The notes: generated by a model not told the origin, from the sequence alone. Numbered from the stretch's first letter, positions 1 through 7,459 are shown. The stretch: DNA of 29,836 nt from Myxococcales bacterium (GCA_043747615.1 JAYTOU010000054.1:1-29836), one strand, 5' to 3'. Numbers and translations: made by a program.

Positions 1-138
1 CGCGAGTGGCGGTAACCACGTGTCGGTGTGGAGCTTTTGATGCGCGGAAAAAGCGCATTTGCAGTGCGCGCAGGTCGCCGTCGCCGTGCGCGTGCGGCCG
101 TTCGGTTCAACGCTAAACGTGATGGATTCTAAGTTCAT
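1..138 (-). CDS. Hypothetical protein with a CxxC motif, truncated by the window edge (MNLESITFSVEPNGRTRTATATCAHCKCAF...)
   Basis: Read by hand: ATG at 138 preceded by AAGGA; frame stays open to position 1; not in the ORF track. Confidence 0.55.
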   Translation of the reverse strand, partial: MNLESITFSVEPNGRTRTATATCAHCKCAFSAHQKLHTDTWLPPLA

Positions 139-260
139 GGCGATCCTTGGCCCCTAGCGGGCGCGTGGTGACGTCGTTGATTGGTGAGGCCCCGATGGGC
201 GTTGAAGGCGCAGAACTTCCATGGCTCGGCGCGTGTGCGGAGCGTGAATGCGGCTCGCGA

Positions 261-382
261 CCTCCCGGCCTTGCCATGGCGTGGCCACAGGCCGGGAGGG
301 AGATCCCCGATACAATTCGGATCTCGCCGCTGAGAAAGGAACGAAGCAGCGGCTGGCGAATATCTTTTGCCCGCGTGGCGGG
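261..382. ncRNA. Candidate structured RNA or cis-regulatory element: 4-5 abutting hairpins
   Basis: Inverted repeats at 261-271/289-299 (11 bp perfect), 300-306/319-325, 326-332/347-353, 355-360/366-371 (one G-U) and 370-374/378-382. Confidence 0.35.
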
Positions 383-384
383 AC

Positions 385-582
385 TTAGTGTTGCTCCGAC
401 ACCGGGCGGCACGTGGCCTTGATCTTCGCCTCGACGACCAGCAAGCAAGCTGGACAGAGGCTCCGGAAGACGAGCGCCAGCGCGAAGTCCATCGGCATGT
501 GCTCGGTGAACCGCCCGCCGCACCGGTCGCAGCGATAAGGCTTGGGGGTTTCCTTCGGCACCTTGGGGGGCAACCCCGCCAT
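385..582 (-). CDS. Small zinc-finger-like protein (CDRC...CPAC), 65 aa
   Basis: ATG at 582 with GGGAG just upstream; two CxxC motifs; C-terminal part of track ORF 385..699. Confidence 0.6.
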   Translation of the reverse strand: MAGLPPKVPKETPKPYRCDRCGGRFTEHMPMDFALALVFRSLCPACLLVVEAKIKATCRPVSEQH

Positions 583-981
583 GGGCTCCCATCGGCCGTC
601 CAACGTTCGCTGAGGTCGTTTCAGTGGTCGCATGGGCGCTCCGGTCGAGGGGGAAAGAGGGCTCCGCCGCCGCGAATGCGGGCGAGGCGAAATACGCAAT
701 GATTCCGCGTGAGGCGTCTCGCGTGACTTTTGGCGTGTGACTATTGCCGCGCCGATGCGTCGCGATTCGGCTTGATTCGCCGTGAATCGTGCACGTGAAA
801 GACGGCTCGCGTAGCCGAATGCTTGCGTCGGCGCCGAGTTGCGGCCGCACCGTATCGCCGGTGGCGCATGGGAACGGCATGCCGCGCTGAAGCGTGGGTG
901 TGATCGGGAGCGTTTTGGAGGAGGGCTGGCCAGGGGTTGCGTCTCGTTTCCGGGTTGAAGCGTCGAGGCGGTTGGCGTGGC

Positions 982-2535
982 TCATTCTCCCCCCCCGATG
1001 CCTTCGGTCTTGAGCCAGTCCCCGAAGCCAGGTGTCACAACGTCACAACCGTCACGACCAAATTCGTCACCTGCGATGGCTTCGTGATCAGCACCCGCTC
1101 TCTCTTGTGTGTGTGAGGTAATAGGTTGTGACGGTTGTGACATGGGTATGTCTGCTTGTGCCGAAGGTGTTTGGGTGTCACCACCTCCGTCACTACCTGT
1201 CACGACCTTGATGTATCGCCGGACACGTTCACCGTTTTCTCGGTGTTGAGGCCCGACCTCGTACCCCATCTCTTTCAGCACCTCGGCGGTGCGCATTTCG
1301 TCGGCTCGAGTGATGTCGGCGACCTTCATTCGCAACGCCCCGGCGAGCACTTCGACGGTGAGAACGCCCTTGCTGAGGTCGAGCGTCTTCGTCACCCAGG
1401 CGCCGTCTTTAGGGTCCGGCATCGTCGCGGTCGGATGCATCATCCAAGCGGCTACGACCGGGATCCATGGGTCGTCGTGCGTGCGCTCGGTCTGTTCGTT
1501 CGCGCACAAGGCCGCAAACTCCGTGGTGTTGACGTGCCACGGCGCTCCGTCGTTGTAGCGAGCTGTAGCTTCAGCCCATAGCTGGTCGCGATCGAGGCGA
1601 AGGCCTGCGACGTTGATGGTGCCGGTCTTCACCGGCCAGAAACGCCGGTTGCCGGTCTTGTCTGCGAGATATTGGGTGTCGTTCGTCGTCGCTGCAAAAA
1701 CGCATTGCCGCGGGAAATCGCGGTTTCGACGGCCGTAGCTCGGCCTGTAGTTGTCGCTCCGCGCCGAAAGGAAGTTCTTTACGCGCTCGACCTCGCGACC
1801 CTTGATGCCGCCGAGCTCGCCTAACTCGTAAATCCATTTGCGGCGCAAGCCCTGGTAGCTGTCTTTGTCGCCGGGGGTGATGCCGGTGTCGGCGAACCAC
1901 TCAGCGCTGGCGAGCGCCTCGAAAGCCGTGCTCTTGCCAGTGCCCTGCGTTCGACTCTCCGCAATCAAGGTGCAGTCAGCCTGACAACCGGGCCGGTAGA
2001 CGCGGGCCACCGCGGAAATCATCCAGCGAGATCCGACTCCGCGCACGTAGGGCGTGTCCGGCGCACCGAAGTAGGTGACAAGCATCGCGTCGAGGCGCTC
2101 GGTCCCGTCCCACACGAGCGCGTGGAGATAGTCTTTTACGGGGTGAGTGACGTTGCGCATGGCCACGGCGGCGATCGCCTGGTCGACCATCGTGGTCGGA
2201 GCGTCGATGTCGTATTCGCTGGCAAGCCAAGTTGCGGTGCGGATGGATCCTTCGTCCGTCCATTCACCGGCTTTCGGCTGCGAAGGCGTGTCCTGCGGAC
2301 GCGTCGGCGGCGGACGGGTGGAGACCACGCACTCGCCGAACGCGTCGTAGGCAATGACGCCAGTCCATCGTGGATCTTTCACCAAGATGGTGATGACGTT
2401 TGCGAGCGTCTTCTTCACGTCGCCCTTGCCGGTGCGACGGAGCTCGGACATCCAGCCATCGTCGTTCGCGGGAGCAGGTCGACTCTTACCGGCCCTCGGC
2501 TTTGCTTTCTTCAGGTCGACGACGTTGTCGCTCAT
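982..2535 (-). CDS. VapE/virulence-associated-E family SF3 helicase (phage/satellite replication ATPase)
   Basis: Walker A QGTGKST, Walker B region WIYELGEL, YRPSYGR, FAATTN and GNRRFWPV, all characteristic of VapE-like P-loop ATPases. Confidence 0.92.
   Translation of the reverse strand: MSDNVVDLKKAKPRAGKSRPAPANDDGWMSELRRTGKGDVKKTLANVITILVKDPRWTGVIAYDAFGECVVSTRPPPTRPQDTPSQPKAGEWTDEGSIRTATWLASEYDIDAPTTMVDQAIAAVAMRNVTHPVKDYLHALVWDGTERLDAMLVTYFGAPDTPYVRGVGSRWMISAVARVYRPGCQADCTLIAESRTQGTGKSTAFEALASAEWFADTGITPGDKDSYQGLRRKWIYELGELGGIKGREVERVKNFLSARSDNYRPSYGRRNRDFPRQCVFAATTNDTQYLADKTGNRRFWPVKTGTINVAGLRLDRDQLWAEATARYNDGAPWHVNTTEFAALCANEQTERTHDDPWIPVVAAWMMHPTATMPDPKDGAWVTKTLDLSKGVLTVEVLAGALRMKVADITRADEMRTAEVLKEMGYEVGPQHRENGERVRRYIKVVTGSDGGGDTQTPSAQADIPMSQPSQPITSHTQERAGADHEAIAGDEFGRDGCDVVTPGFGDWLKTEGIGGGE
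1034..1207. repeat. Iteron-like GTCAC(A/G)AC repeat cluster, putative replication origin
   Basis: GTCACAAC at 1034 and 1042, GTCACGAC at 1051 and 1199, inverted GGTTGTGAC at 1124 and 1133, GTCAC cores at 1066, 1177 and 1189, and a CT/TG dinucleotide run at ~1097-1115. Confidence 0.6.
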
Positions 2536-3395
2536 GGTGATTTCCTCGGTGCGTTCGCGAGCCAGCCAGATGCCTTACGTGCGCGCGATGCTTCCTTGAC
2601 CTTGCGGAGCAACTCTTTGTGGCTCCACTTCGGCGAGCATCGCGGGTTGAACTCGTCTGAGAGCAGGATGAGGGCGGTCTCTTCGTCGAGATCAAACCCC
2701 TTCACCATCGCGAGCGCGGCGCGGAAGCAGGCCCGGTGCCCGCCGCTTCCCGAGATCGAAGGGTCGAGGCAGCGGAGGTACTTGGCCGCACGCTCGATGC
2801 TGGACGTCGCAATATCAACCGTGGACTTCCCCACACTTGATTGGATCGCAGGTTCAACCTCGGTCACTTCGGCGAGCGCCTGGTCGACATCGAAGACCGC
2901 GCCGGTGAGCTCGAAGGACTCATAGAAGGGCGAGGCTGAGGGCACGCCAAAGATGTGGTTCGCGTTCTTGGCCGCGTAGTCGACGATCACGCCCGCGCGC
3001 TCGGCCTTGATGGCCCCGTGGCGCCAGCACCGTGGGTATTCGTCGGGAAGCACGTCACGGGAAGCGGGGAGCACGATCCGCCGGCGTCGGTTATCTGGCG
3101 TCGAGCTGAAGGTGTCGTTGACGAAGCCCCAATGCTCGCCAAAAGCTGCGTGCATCGCGTCGGTGCTTGCCCCGGTGTCGACGTCATAGACGATCGCCGA
3201 GAGCGAGATCAGATCCTCAAGTCGCCGCCGGTTATCGCGAGCGCGACCAAAGAGAACGCGCTTGGGGGAAGCCTTGCAGGCGTACGCCTTCGGGCTTGCG
3301 ATGGCGCATCCGTACGTGGCCCATGAGGGGATCGATAAGTCCCCTTGGCTCGCCATAAGCGAAGGAAAAACGGTTAAGGTGCACGGCGCGATCAC
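2532..3395 (-). CDS. Primase-polymerase-like (AEP-type) protein with a C-terminal PriCT/RepB-primase-C-like helical domain
   Basis: AIVYDVD (DxD), RRRIVLPASR..LPDEY...W, and C-terminal SGSGGH..F.AA...GF.L...FNPRCSPKWSHKEL. GTG start at 3395 overlaps the upstream stop (GTGA). Confidence 0.75.
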   Translation of the reverse strand: MIAPCTLTVFPSLMASQGDLSIPSWATYGCAIASPKAYACKASPKRVLFGRARDNRRRLEDLISLSAIVYDVDTGASTDAMHAAFGEHWGFVNDTFSSTPDNRRRRIVLPASRDVLPDEYPRCWRHGAIKAERAGVIVDYAAKNANHIFGVPSASPFYESFELTGAVFDVDQALAEVTEVEPAIQSSVGKSTVDIATSSIERAAKYLRCLDPSISGSGGHRACFRAALAMVKGFDLDEETALILLSDEFNPRCSPKWSHKELLRKVKEASRARKASGWLANAPRKSP

Positions 3396-3916
3396 GGCGT
3401 CACCGCCTCGACCTGCATGTGGTGCTTGTAAAAACTGAGCATCAACCGGTAGGCGAGATCCGAGCTTCCCGCGTGGTCGCCGCAAAAATAGACGGGCACG
3501 CCATAGCGGACGGCGATCGATGCGGCCGCTCCGACGATCTGCGCGGGCGTGAGTTGGGCGCGGTATCGGCGCCGGTAGACATCCGAGAGCGAGGCCTCGA
3601 TGAGGATCGCCGCAAACTCGAACGCTTTCATTTTTTCCAACATCCGCTCGAACCGAGGGCGAGCCCACGTGAAGCAGTTGTTGAAGTCGTCCAAGCTTTT
3701 TCGGTCGAGCGTGAAGCGATGTTCGGCGCCGACAAGGGAGATATCCCCGACGTCGAGCTTCTTCACGATTACCGGAATGGCTTCAGGAATCGCCGCGGGC
3801 TTTCCTTCTCTCGTGTCGAGGATCCCGCAGATCGGCCCGGGCTTGTACGCGGATTCGTCAGCGATGACGCGCAGCCTTGCGGCCATCATCCTGGTCCTAG
3901 AGGGCGCCGGTTTCAT
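3392..3916 (-). CDS. ERCC4/XPF-domain nuclease
   Basis: LDTRE...KLDVGDI...LDRKSLDDF...RFER...ILIE resembles the ERCC4 signature (D-x-RE, GD, ERKxxxD). ATG at 3916 overlaps the upstream stop (ATGA). Confidence 0.82.
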   Translation of the reverse strand: MKPAPSRTRMMAARLRVIADESAYKPGPICGILDTREGKPAAIPEAIPVIVKKLDVGDISLVGAEHRFTLDRKSLDDFNNCFTWARPRFERMLEKMKAFEFAAILIEASLSDVYRRRYRAQLTPAQIVGAAASIAVRYGVPVYFCGDHAGSSDLAYRLMLSFYKHHMQVEAVTP

Positions 3917-4242
3917 GATGCGCGCCTCCAACAGGTGACGTGAACGGCACCTTCACCGCGGGCCCACGCCACACGGTCGCCCGCCTCGTAGGGCTGATCA
4001 CATTCGCGACAACGACCATCGTACTGGGACGAAATCACACGACGTGAATCGACCGGCGGCGGCGGCGAGTAGTAGCTCGATGCGGCGGGTGACGGCCGCG
4101 CCAACTCACGCTCGGAAACATGAAGGTCGTTTTCTTTGATGATGCGGCAGGCGATCCAGGCGCTCGTCCGCTGTTCCTCGGTCGAAGCCCCGGCGTCGAC
4201 GGCGCGAGCAATAAGAGCGCTCACTTTGACGAGCGCCCTCAT
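3913..4242 (-). CDS. DUF2786-like N-terminal helices plus C-terminal zinc ribbon, 109 aa
   Basis: KVSALIARAVDAGASTEEQRTSAWIACRIIKENDL followed by SQYDGRCRECDQPYEAGDRVAW...HVTC. ATG at 4242 with GGGAG upstream and an ATGA overlap. Confidence 0.65.
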   Translation of the reverse strand: MRALVKVSALIARAVDAGASTEEQRTSAWIACRIIKENDLHVSERELARPSPAASSYYSPPPPVDSRRVISSQYDGRCRECDQPYEAGDRVAWARGEGAVHVTCWRRAS

Positions 4243-4412
4243 GCAGCTCTCCCTGAAGAGAGCCGCGACTGAATTTGTTCGAGCCGACGGGTGATGCTGC
4301 GGCGCCCGTCCTCCATCGCCTCGATCGCGGCATCGGTGCGACCGCGCTCCATGTCGATCAACGCGGCGTAGAAGTACGTTCGGAGCGACTCTAGATGCTT
4401 CTTCTCGCTCAC
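4239..4412 (-). CDS. Hypothetical helical micro-protein, 57 aa (MSEKKHLESLRTYFYAALIDMERGRTDAAIEAMEDGRRSITRRLEQIQSRLSSGRAA)
   Basis: Read by hand; fills the gap exactly, with GTGA and ATGA 4-nt overlaps at its two ends; not in the ORF track. Confidence 0.7.
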   Translation of the reverse strand: MSEKKHLESLRTYFYAALIDMERGRTDAAIEAMEDGRRSITRRLEQIQSRLSSGRAA

Positions 4413-4810
4413 TTGCCACCCACCGCCAGCCGGAGTCCACCGCGCTTGGCGATGCTCGACACGTCGACGCGATCCTCGCTCGCGCTCTTCTTAGGGGCGC
4501 GGCGCGCCTCCTTCATCCACGCGTCAGACGCGGCGTCGAAGCGCTTGTGCGTGCCAGCCCAGGAATACGGGAGACCTTCGCGGACCAGACGATCGATCGT
4601 GGGGGACGACAGCTTGTGACGCGCCGCGTACTGCTTCTTCGTCCACGGGCCAGCCTGCGAGATGTCGGCGGCGGCCGTGACGGTGAAGGCCTTGCGGAGC
4701 GCTTCGATCACGTCGGGGCGATCGAGGGTTAGGACGATGGCGTCGCCGAGGAGCGCGGCGAGCGAGACGATCAAGGGGTTGCTTTGGGGGGCTTCCGTAA
4801 CTATAGTCAT
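4409..4810 (-). CDS. Excisionase/AlpA-like winged helix-turn-helix DNA-binding protein
   Basis: WTKKQYAARHKLSSPTIDRLVREGLPYSWAGTHKRFD fits a MerR/Xis-type wHTH; AAGGA ribosome-binding site upstream. Confidence 0.7.
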   Translation of the reverse strand: MTIVTEAPQSNPLIVSLAALLGDAIVLTLDRPDVIEALRKAFTVTAAADISQAGPWTKKQYAARHKLSSPTIDRLVREGLPYSWAGTHKRFDAASDAWMKEARRAPKKSASEDRVDVSSIAKRGGLRLAVGGK

Positions 4811-4841
4811 TTTGGGTACAGTTTCCTTCCGAGGAACGGTG

Positions 4842-4873
4842 AAAGGCGCCTTGCGAGGGCGCTTTTTGCTTTT
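4842..4873 (+). terminator. Intrinsic terminator-like hairpin with the U-tract on the plus strand
   Basis: AAAGGCGCCTT-GCG-AGGGCGCTTTT followed by TGCTTTT. Confidence 0.55.
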
Positions 4874-4878
4874 GTGAG

Positions 4879-5064
4879 TTAGGCGGCCTTGGGGATTTCG
4901 CTGAGGAGCACCGCGCGTTGCTCGATGATTGCGGCGGTGCCTACCTGGGTGTGAAAGTCGCCGCCGAAGGCGAGCACCGCCTCACGGGAGAGACCGAGGA
5001 CGCGAGCAACGTGTGCCGCTCCGTGCTTCCTGATCGCCGCCGCTACTCGTGCTCTCGTTTCCAT
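4879..5064 (-). CDS. Small Cro-like helix-turn-helix protein, 61 aa
   Basis: GAAHVARVLGLSREAVL HTH pattern; strong GGAAGGAG ribosome-binding site. Confidence 0.7.
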   Translation of the reverse strand: METRARVAAAIRKHGAAHVARVLGLSREAVLAFGGDFHTQVGTAAIIEQRAVLLSEIPKAA

Positions 5065-5073
5065 CTGCTGCTC

Positions 5074-5095
5074 CTTCCAACTGGGTTGTTGGAAG
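5074..5095. promoter_or_regulatory. Inverted repeat CTTCCAAC-N6-GTTGGAAG overlapping the Shine-Dalgarno of the Cro-like gene
   Basis: Perfect 8-bp arms at 5074-5081 and 5088-5095. Confidence 0.45.
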
Positions 5096-5142
5096 CGTAG
5101 TGACGGCCGGGCGAGGCGAAAGATGGCGACGGTTTCTGTCCG

Positions 5143-5706
5143 CTACTTCTCTTGTCGTCTTCGCTGGGCTCGGCGGAGGAGGCTCTCTGGCTTCGTCGTG
5201 GAGGTGAGGATCCGCGTTGCGATCCCGAGCGCTGAGAGCTGGTCGGTGCCCTTCTTCGGTTCGTCACGGTAGCGTCGAAGCGCATCGAGAACGTCGGCCG
5301 CGTCTCCGATCTTCACCCCGGGGATCTTCTCAGCCCGCTCTATGAAGATTCGAAGGCAGTGTTGAACCGTCGCCTCCTTCGTGGCCACGCGAACATTGCG
5401 CGCCGCCTTTCGGATCTCTGCTTCGAGCCCAGGCCACTCCTCAAACGCGCCACGAGCGGCGTGCATGCGTCGGACGCGCCCGACGGTCTCCTCGTAGCCG
5501 GCCGCGCGGTACAGGAGGGCGAGACCGTCGCGAATGATATCGAGCGCGGCGCACGCGTCGTCGCTGAATCCGTGCGCAAAAACGAGCGGCCGAAGATGCG
5601 CCGCTAGAACGGCCTCGAGCTCCGTTTCACTCGACCGAGGCGCGGCGCCCTTCCTCTTCGTAGTGGCCATCGAACTAAGGGTACGCCTTTGCGCCACCCG
5701 GCTCAC
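5143..5706 (-). CDS. Hypothetical protein, possibly a regulator (start GTG 5706 or ATG 5670)
   Basis: Protein-like helical sequence; GTGA overlap with the upstream gene; basic C-terminus. Confidence 0.6.
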   Translation of the reverse strand: MSRVAQRRTLSSMATTKRKGAAPRSSETELEAVLAAHLRPLVFAHGFSDDACAALDIIRDGLALLYRAAGYEETVGRVRRMHAARGAFEEWPGLEAEIRKAARNVRVATKEATVQHCLRIFIERAEKIPGVKIGDAADVLDALRRYRDEPKKGTDQLSALGIATRILTSTTKPESLLRRAQRRRQEK

Positions 5707-6140
5707 GACGCACCGGTGAACGTGCCCTGCAGCGTGGTGACTCCCCCCGAGGCCGCGACGCAGATCCAGAGGTAACCGGGCGCCGGGGGCTCGCGCAGCG
5801 CTTCCGACGTCCCGGGGTGGCTCTTCGCCAGCATGGTGACCATGGACGCGCGCGGTCGGAGGGTGATGGCGGTGGGGATGAGCCCCTGGGCTTCATACAG
5901 CAGCAGATCAGGCCGCTCCTCAGGGCTGACCAGCTGCGCGCCGTAGAAATCCGTCGTGTCCGCAAGGAGGACAACGAAGTCCGTTTGCCCGAGCAGCCGA
6001 GATTTCTCTACCGAGACGGCGATTGCTTCTTTGGCTTGCTCGAAGAGGTCCAGTCTATCGGCCCTCGACTCTTCTCGCTCCTCGGGATCCTGGGGGCTTC
6101 GGTCGCGCGCCGCCTCTCTCCTTCGCTGCTGGCGGTTCAC
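5703..6140 (-). CDS. Hypothetical protein
   Basis: Phage-like MNRQQRRR start; GTGA overlaps at both ends. Confidence 0.7.
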   Translation of the reverse strand: MNRQQRRREAARDRSPQDPEEREESRADRLDLFEQAKEAIAVSVEKSRLLGQTDFVVLLADTTDFYGAQLVSPEERPDLLLYEAQGLIPTAITLRPRASMVTMLAKSHPGTSEALREPPAPGYLWICVAASGGVTTLQGTFTGAS

Positions 6141-6295
6141 GCGTCACCCGCGAGTTTGTGGCCAACCCATAAGATCACGCACTCAGCGCAGAGCGGCGCT
6201 GAGCTTTCACCATCAACCTCAACTTCTTGAAGTGCCTTTTCCTGCCCGCAGCAGTCGCACGCGGAGCCATACCCTTCGTTCCCGATCGTATCCAT
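6137..6295 (-). CDS. Zinc-finger micro-protein, 52 aa (MDTIGNEGYGSACDCCGQEKALQEVEVDGESSAPLCAECVILWVGHKLAGDA)
   Basis: Read by hand: AAGGAGA ribosome-binding site, CDCC...CAEC, stop overlaps the next start (GTGA); not in the ORF track. Confidence 0.72.
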   Translation of the reverse strand: MDTIGNEGYGSACDCCGQEKALQEVEVDGESSAPLCAECVILWVGHKLAGDA

Positions 6296-6373
6296 GCTCT
6301 CTCCTTTTTTGACAAAGCTCTCCCGCCTCCGCGGAATGCGAAGTCGGCCCCTCTCTGACTTCTTCGACGTGAA

Positions 6374-6541
6374 CTAGGCGGCGATGAGCGTCGTCACGCC
6401 GAGCGCAGCGGCAGCTCGCTCGATGCGGCACGCCGAGGATGCCCGGACGCTCTTCCTCGTCTTCGCGTCGAGGTACCGCTCGAGCGTTCGCGCATCGATC
6501 AGCGCCTCGGCGCAGATCCTTCTCTTCGTGTGCAGGTCCAT
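6374..6541 (-). CDS. Small HTH (Cro/LacI-like) DNA-binding protein, 55 aa
   Basis: RRICAEALIDARTLERYL...VRASSACRIERAAAALG resembles an HTH plus a following helix. ATG 6541 preferred over 6601. Confidence 0.65.
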   Translation of the reverse strand: MDLHTKRRICAEALIDARTLERYLDAKTRKSVRASSACRIERAAAALGVTTLIAA

Positions 6542-6579
6542 GATGTTGTCTCGCTTGGTTGCAAGATGATGTGTTTGGT

Positions 6580-6593
6580 GGTTGAGCTCAACC
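6580..6593. promoter_or_regulatory. 14-bp perfect palindrome GGTTGAGCTCAACC, candidate operator
   Basis: Self-complementary; lies ~40 bp upstream of the ATG at 6541. Confidence 0.45.
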
Positions 6594-6601
6594 CGATTCA
6601 T

Positions 6602-6630
6602 GGCGACACCGATCGCGAGAGCGTGTCGCC
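6602..6630. other. Hairpin GGCGACAC-N13-GTGTCGCC directly after the stop of 6637..7437
   Basis: 8-bp perfect arms; no clear U-tract. Confidence 0.35.
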
Positions 6631-6636
6631 GTCGGC

Positions 6637-7437
6637 CTATTTCACCGGGTTCGCTTCGTCGGGATTCTGATCGGCATCATCGCCGAAGAAGGCGTCGATC
6701 TCCTTTTCCAGCTCTCGGGTCAACACGAGCGCGCGCCGGGAAGGTGTGTCGCCAGGCGTCCGGTGCGAGCCTATGTCTCGCCCGTATTCGATCTGCTCGA
6801 CGTATCGCAGCAGTGCGCCCTGACCAACTCCTCGCTCTACGGTGCGCGCCGACACCCCCGTCAATGACGCGACGACTTGTGTCGCCGCTTTCGTCGGACC
6901 GTAGGCGTCGATGGCGTCAAGCTGCGCGGAACATGCCGCAAGCAGGTCGGCGGGCGACTTCTGTAGAAGCTTGGCGACGTCGCCCATTCCCACCTCGAAG
7001 ACCTCGACCTCCGGCGCCTTTGTCGGCAGCGCCAGTTCGAGGTCCTCCGACGCACTCTCGTCGTCACCCTCCGCGGGGCGGTAGTCCTTCAGAAGGTCAT
7101 CAATCAGCCCCTTGAGTGCGGGACCGCGGGTAGTTCGAAAGAGGATAGAGAGCCGCCGTGCGGCCTCGTGCCGCTGCGCGTCGCGTACGCGGGCCACACT
7201 CCTGTTGGCGCGCGCGCTGAGCTGGCGGAGACGTTGAAAAATGTCGTCGATCTCTTTCGTCTCGTCTGCAGTGGCACCCGCCACCAACAGCCCTTGGCGG
7301 ACGGTGAACAACATTTCGATCCCAGCCAAAGCCATGTTCGCAAAAACCGAGTTGAACTTGCTCGTTATGCTGTCGGGCAAGTGGCTCTCGTTGTCGACCC
7401 GCGCCTTGCGCCTCTTCTTGGCCACCATAGATTTCAT
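6637..7437 (-). CDS. Hypothetical protein with an internal HTH-like motif
   Basis: ATQVVASLTGVSARTVER is HTH-like. Start placed at ATG 7437 (or 7428) because another gene occupies 7460-7630. Confidence 0.65.
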   Translation of the reverse strand: MKSMVAKKRRKARVDNESHLPDSITSKFNSVFANMALAGIEMLFTVRQGLLVAGATADETKEIDDIFQRLRQLSARANRSVARVRDAQRHEAARRLSILFRTTRGPALKGLIDDLLKDYRPAEGDDESASEDLELALPTKAPEVEVFEVGMGDVAKLLQKSPADLLAACSAQLDAIDAYGPTKAATQVVASLTGVSARTVERGVGQGALLRYVEQIEYGRDIGSHRTPGDTPSRRALVLTRELEKEIDAFFGDDADQNPDEANPVK

Positions 7438-7459
7438 CGGTGTTGATGATACTCCGCCG

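Noticed and set aside
113..985. 290-aa minus-strand ORF starting with an ATGA overlap on the helicase stop
   Set aside because: Composition is low-information (Pro/Arg/Ala/Ser), and it runs across a better-supported CxxC gene, the hairpin cluster and another start. A translated N-terminal part cannot be excluded.
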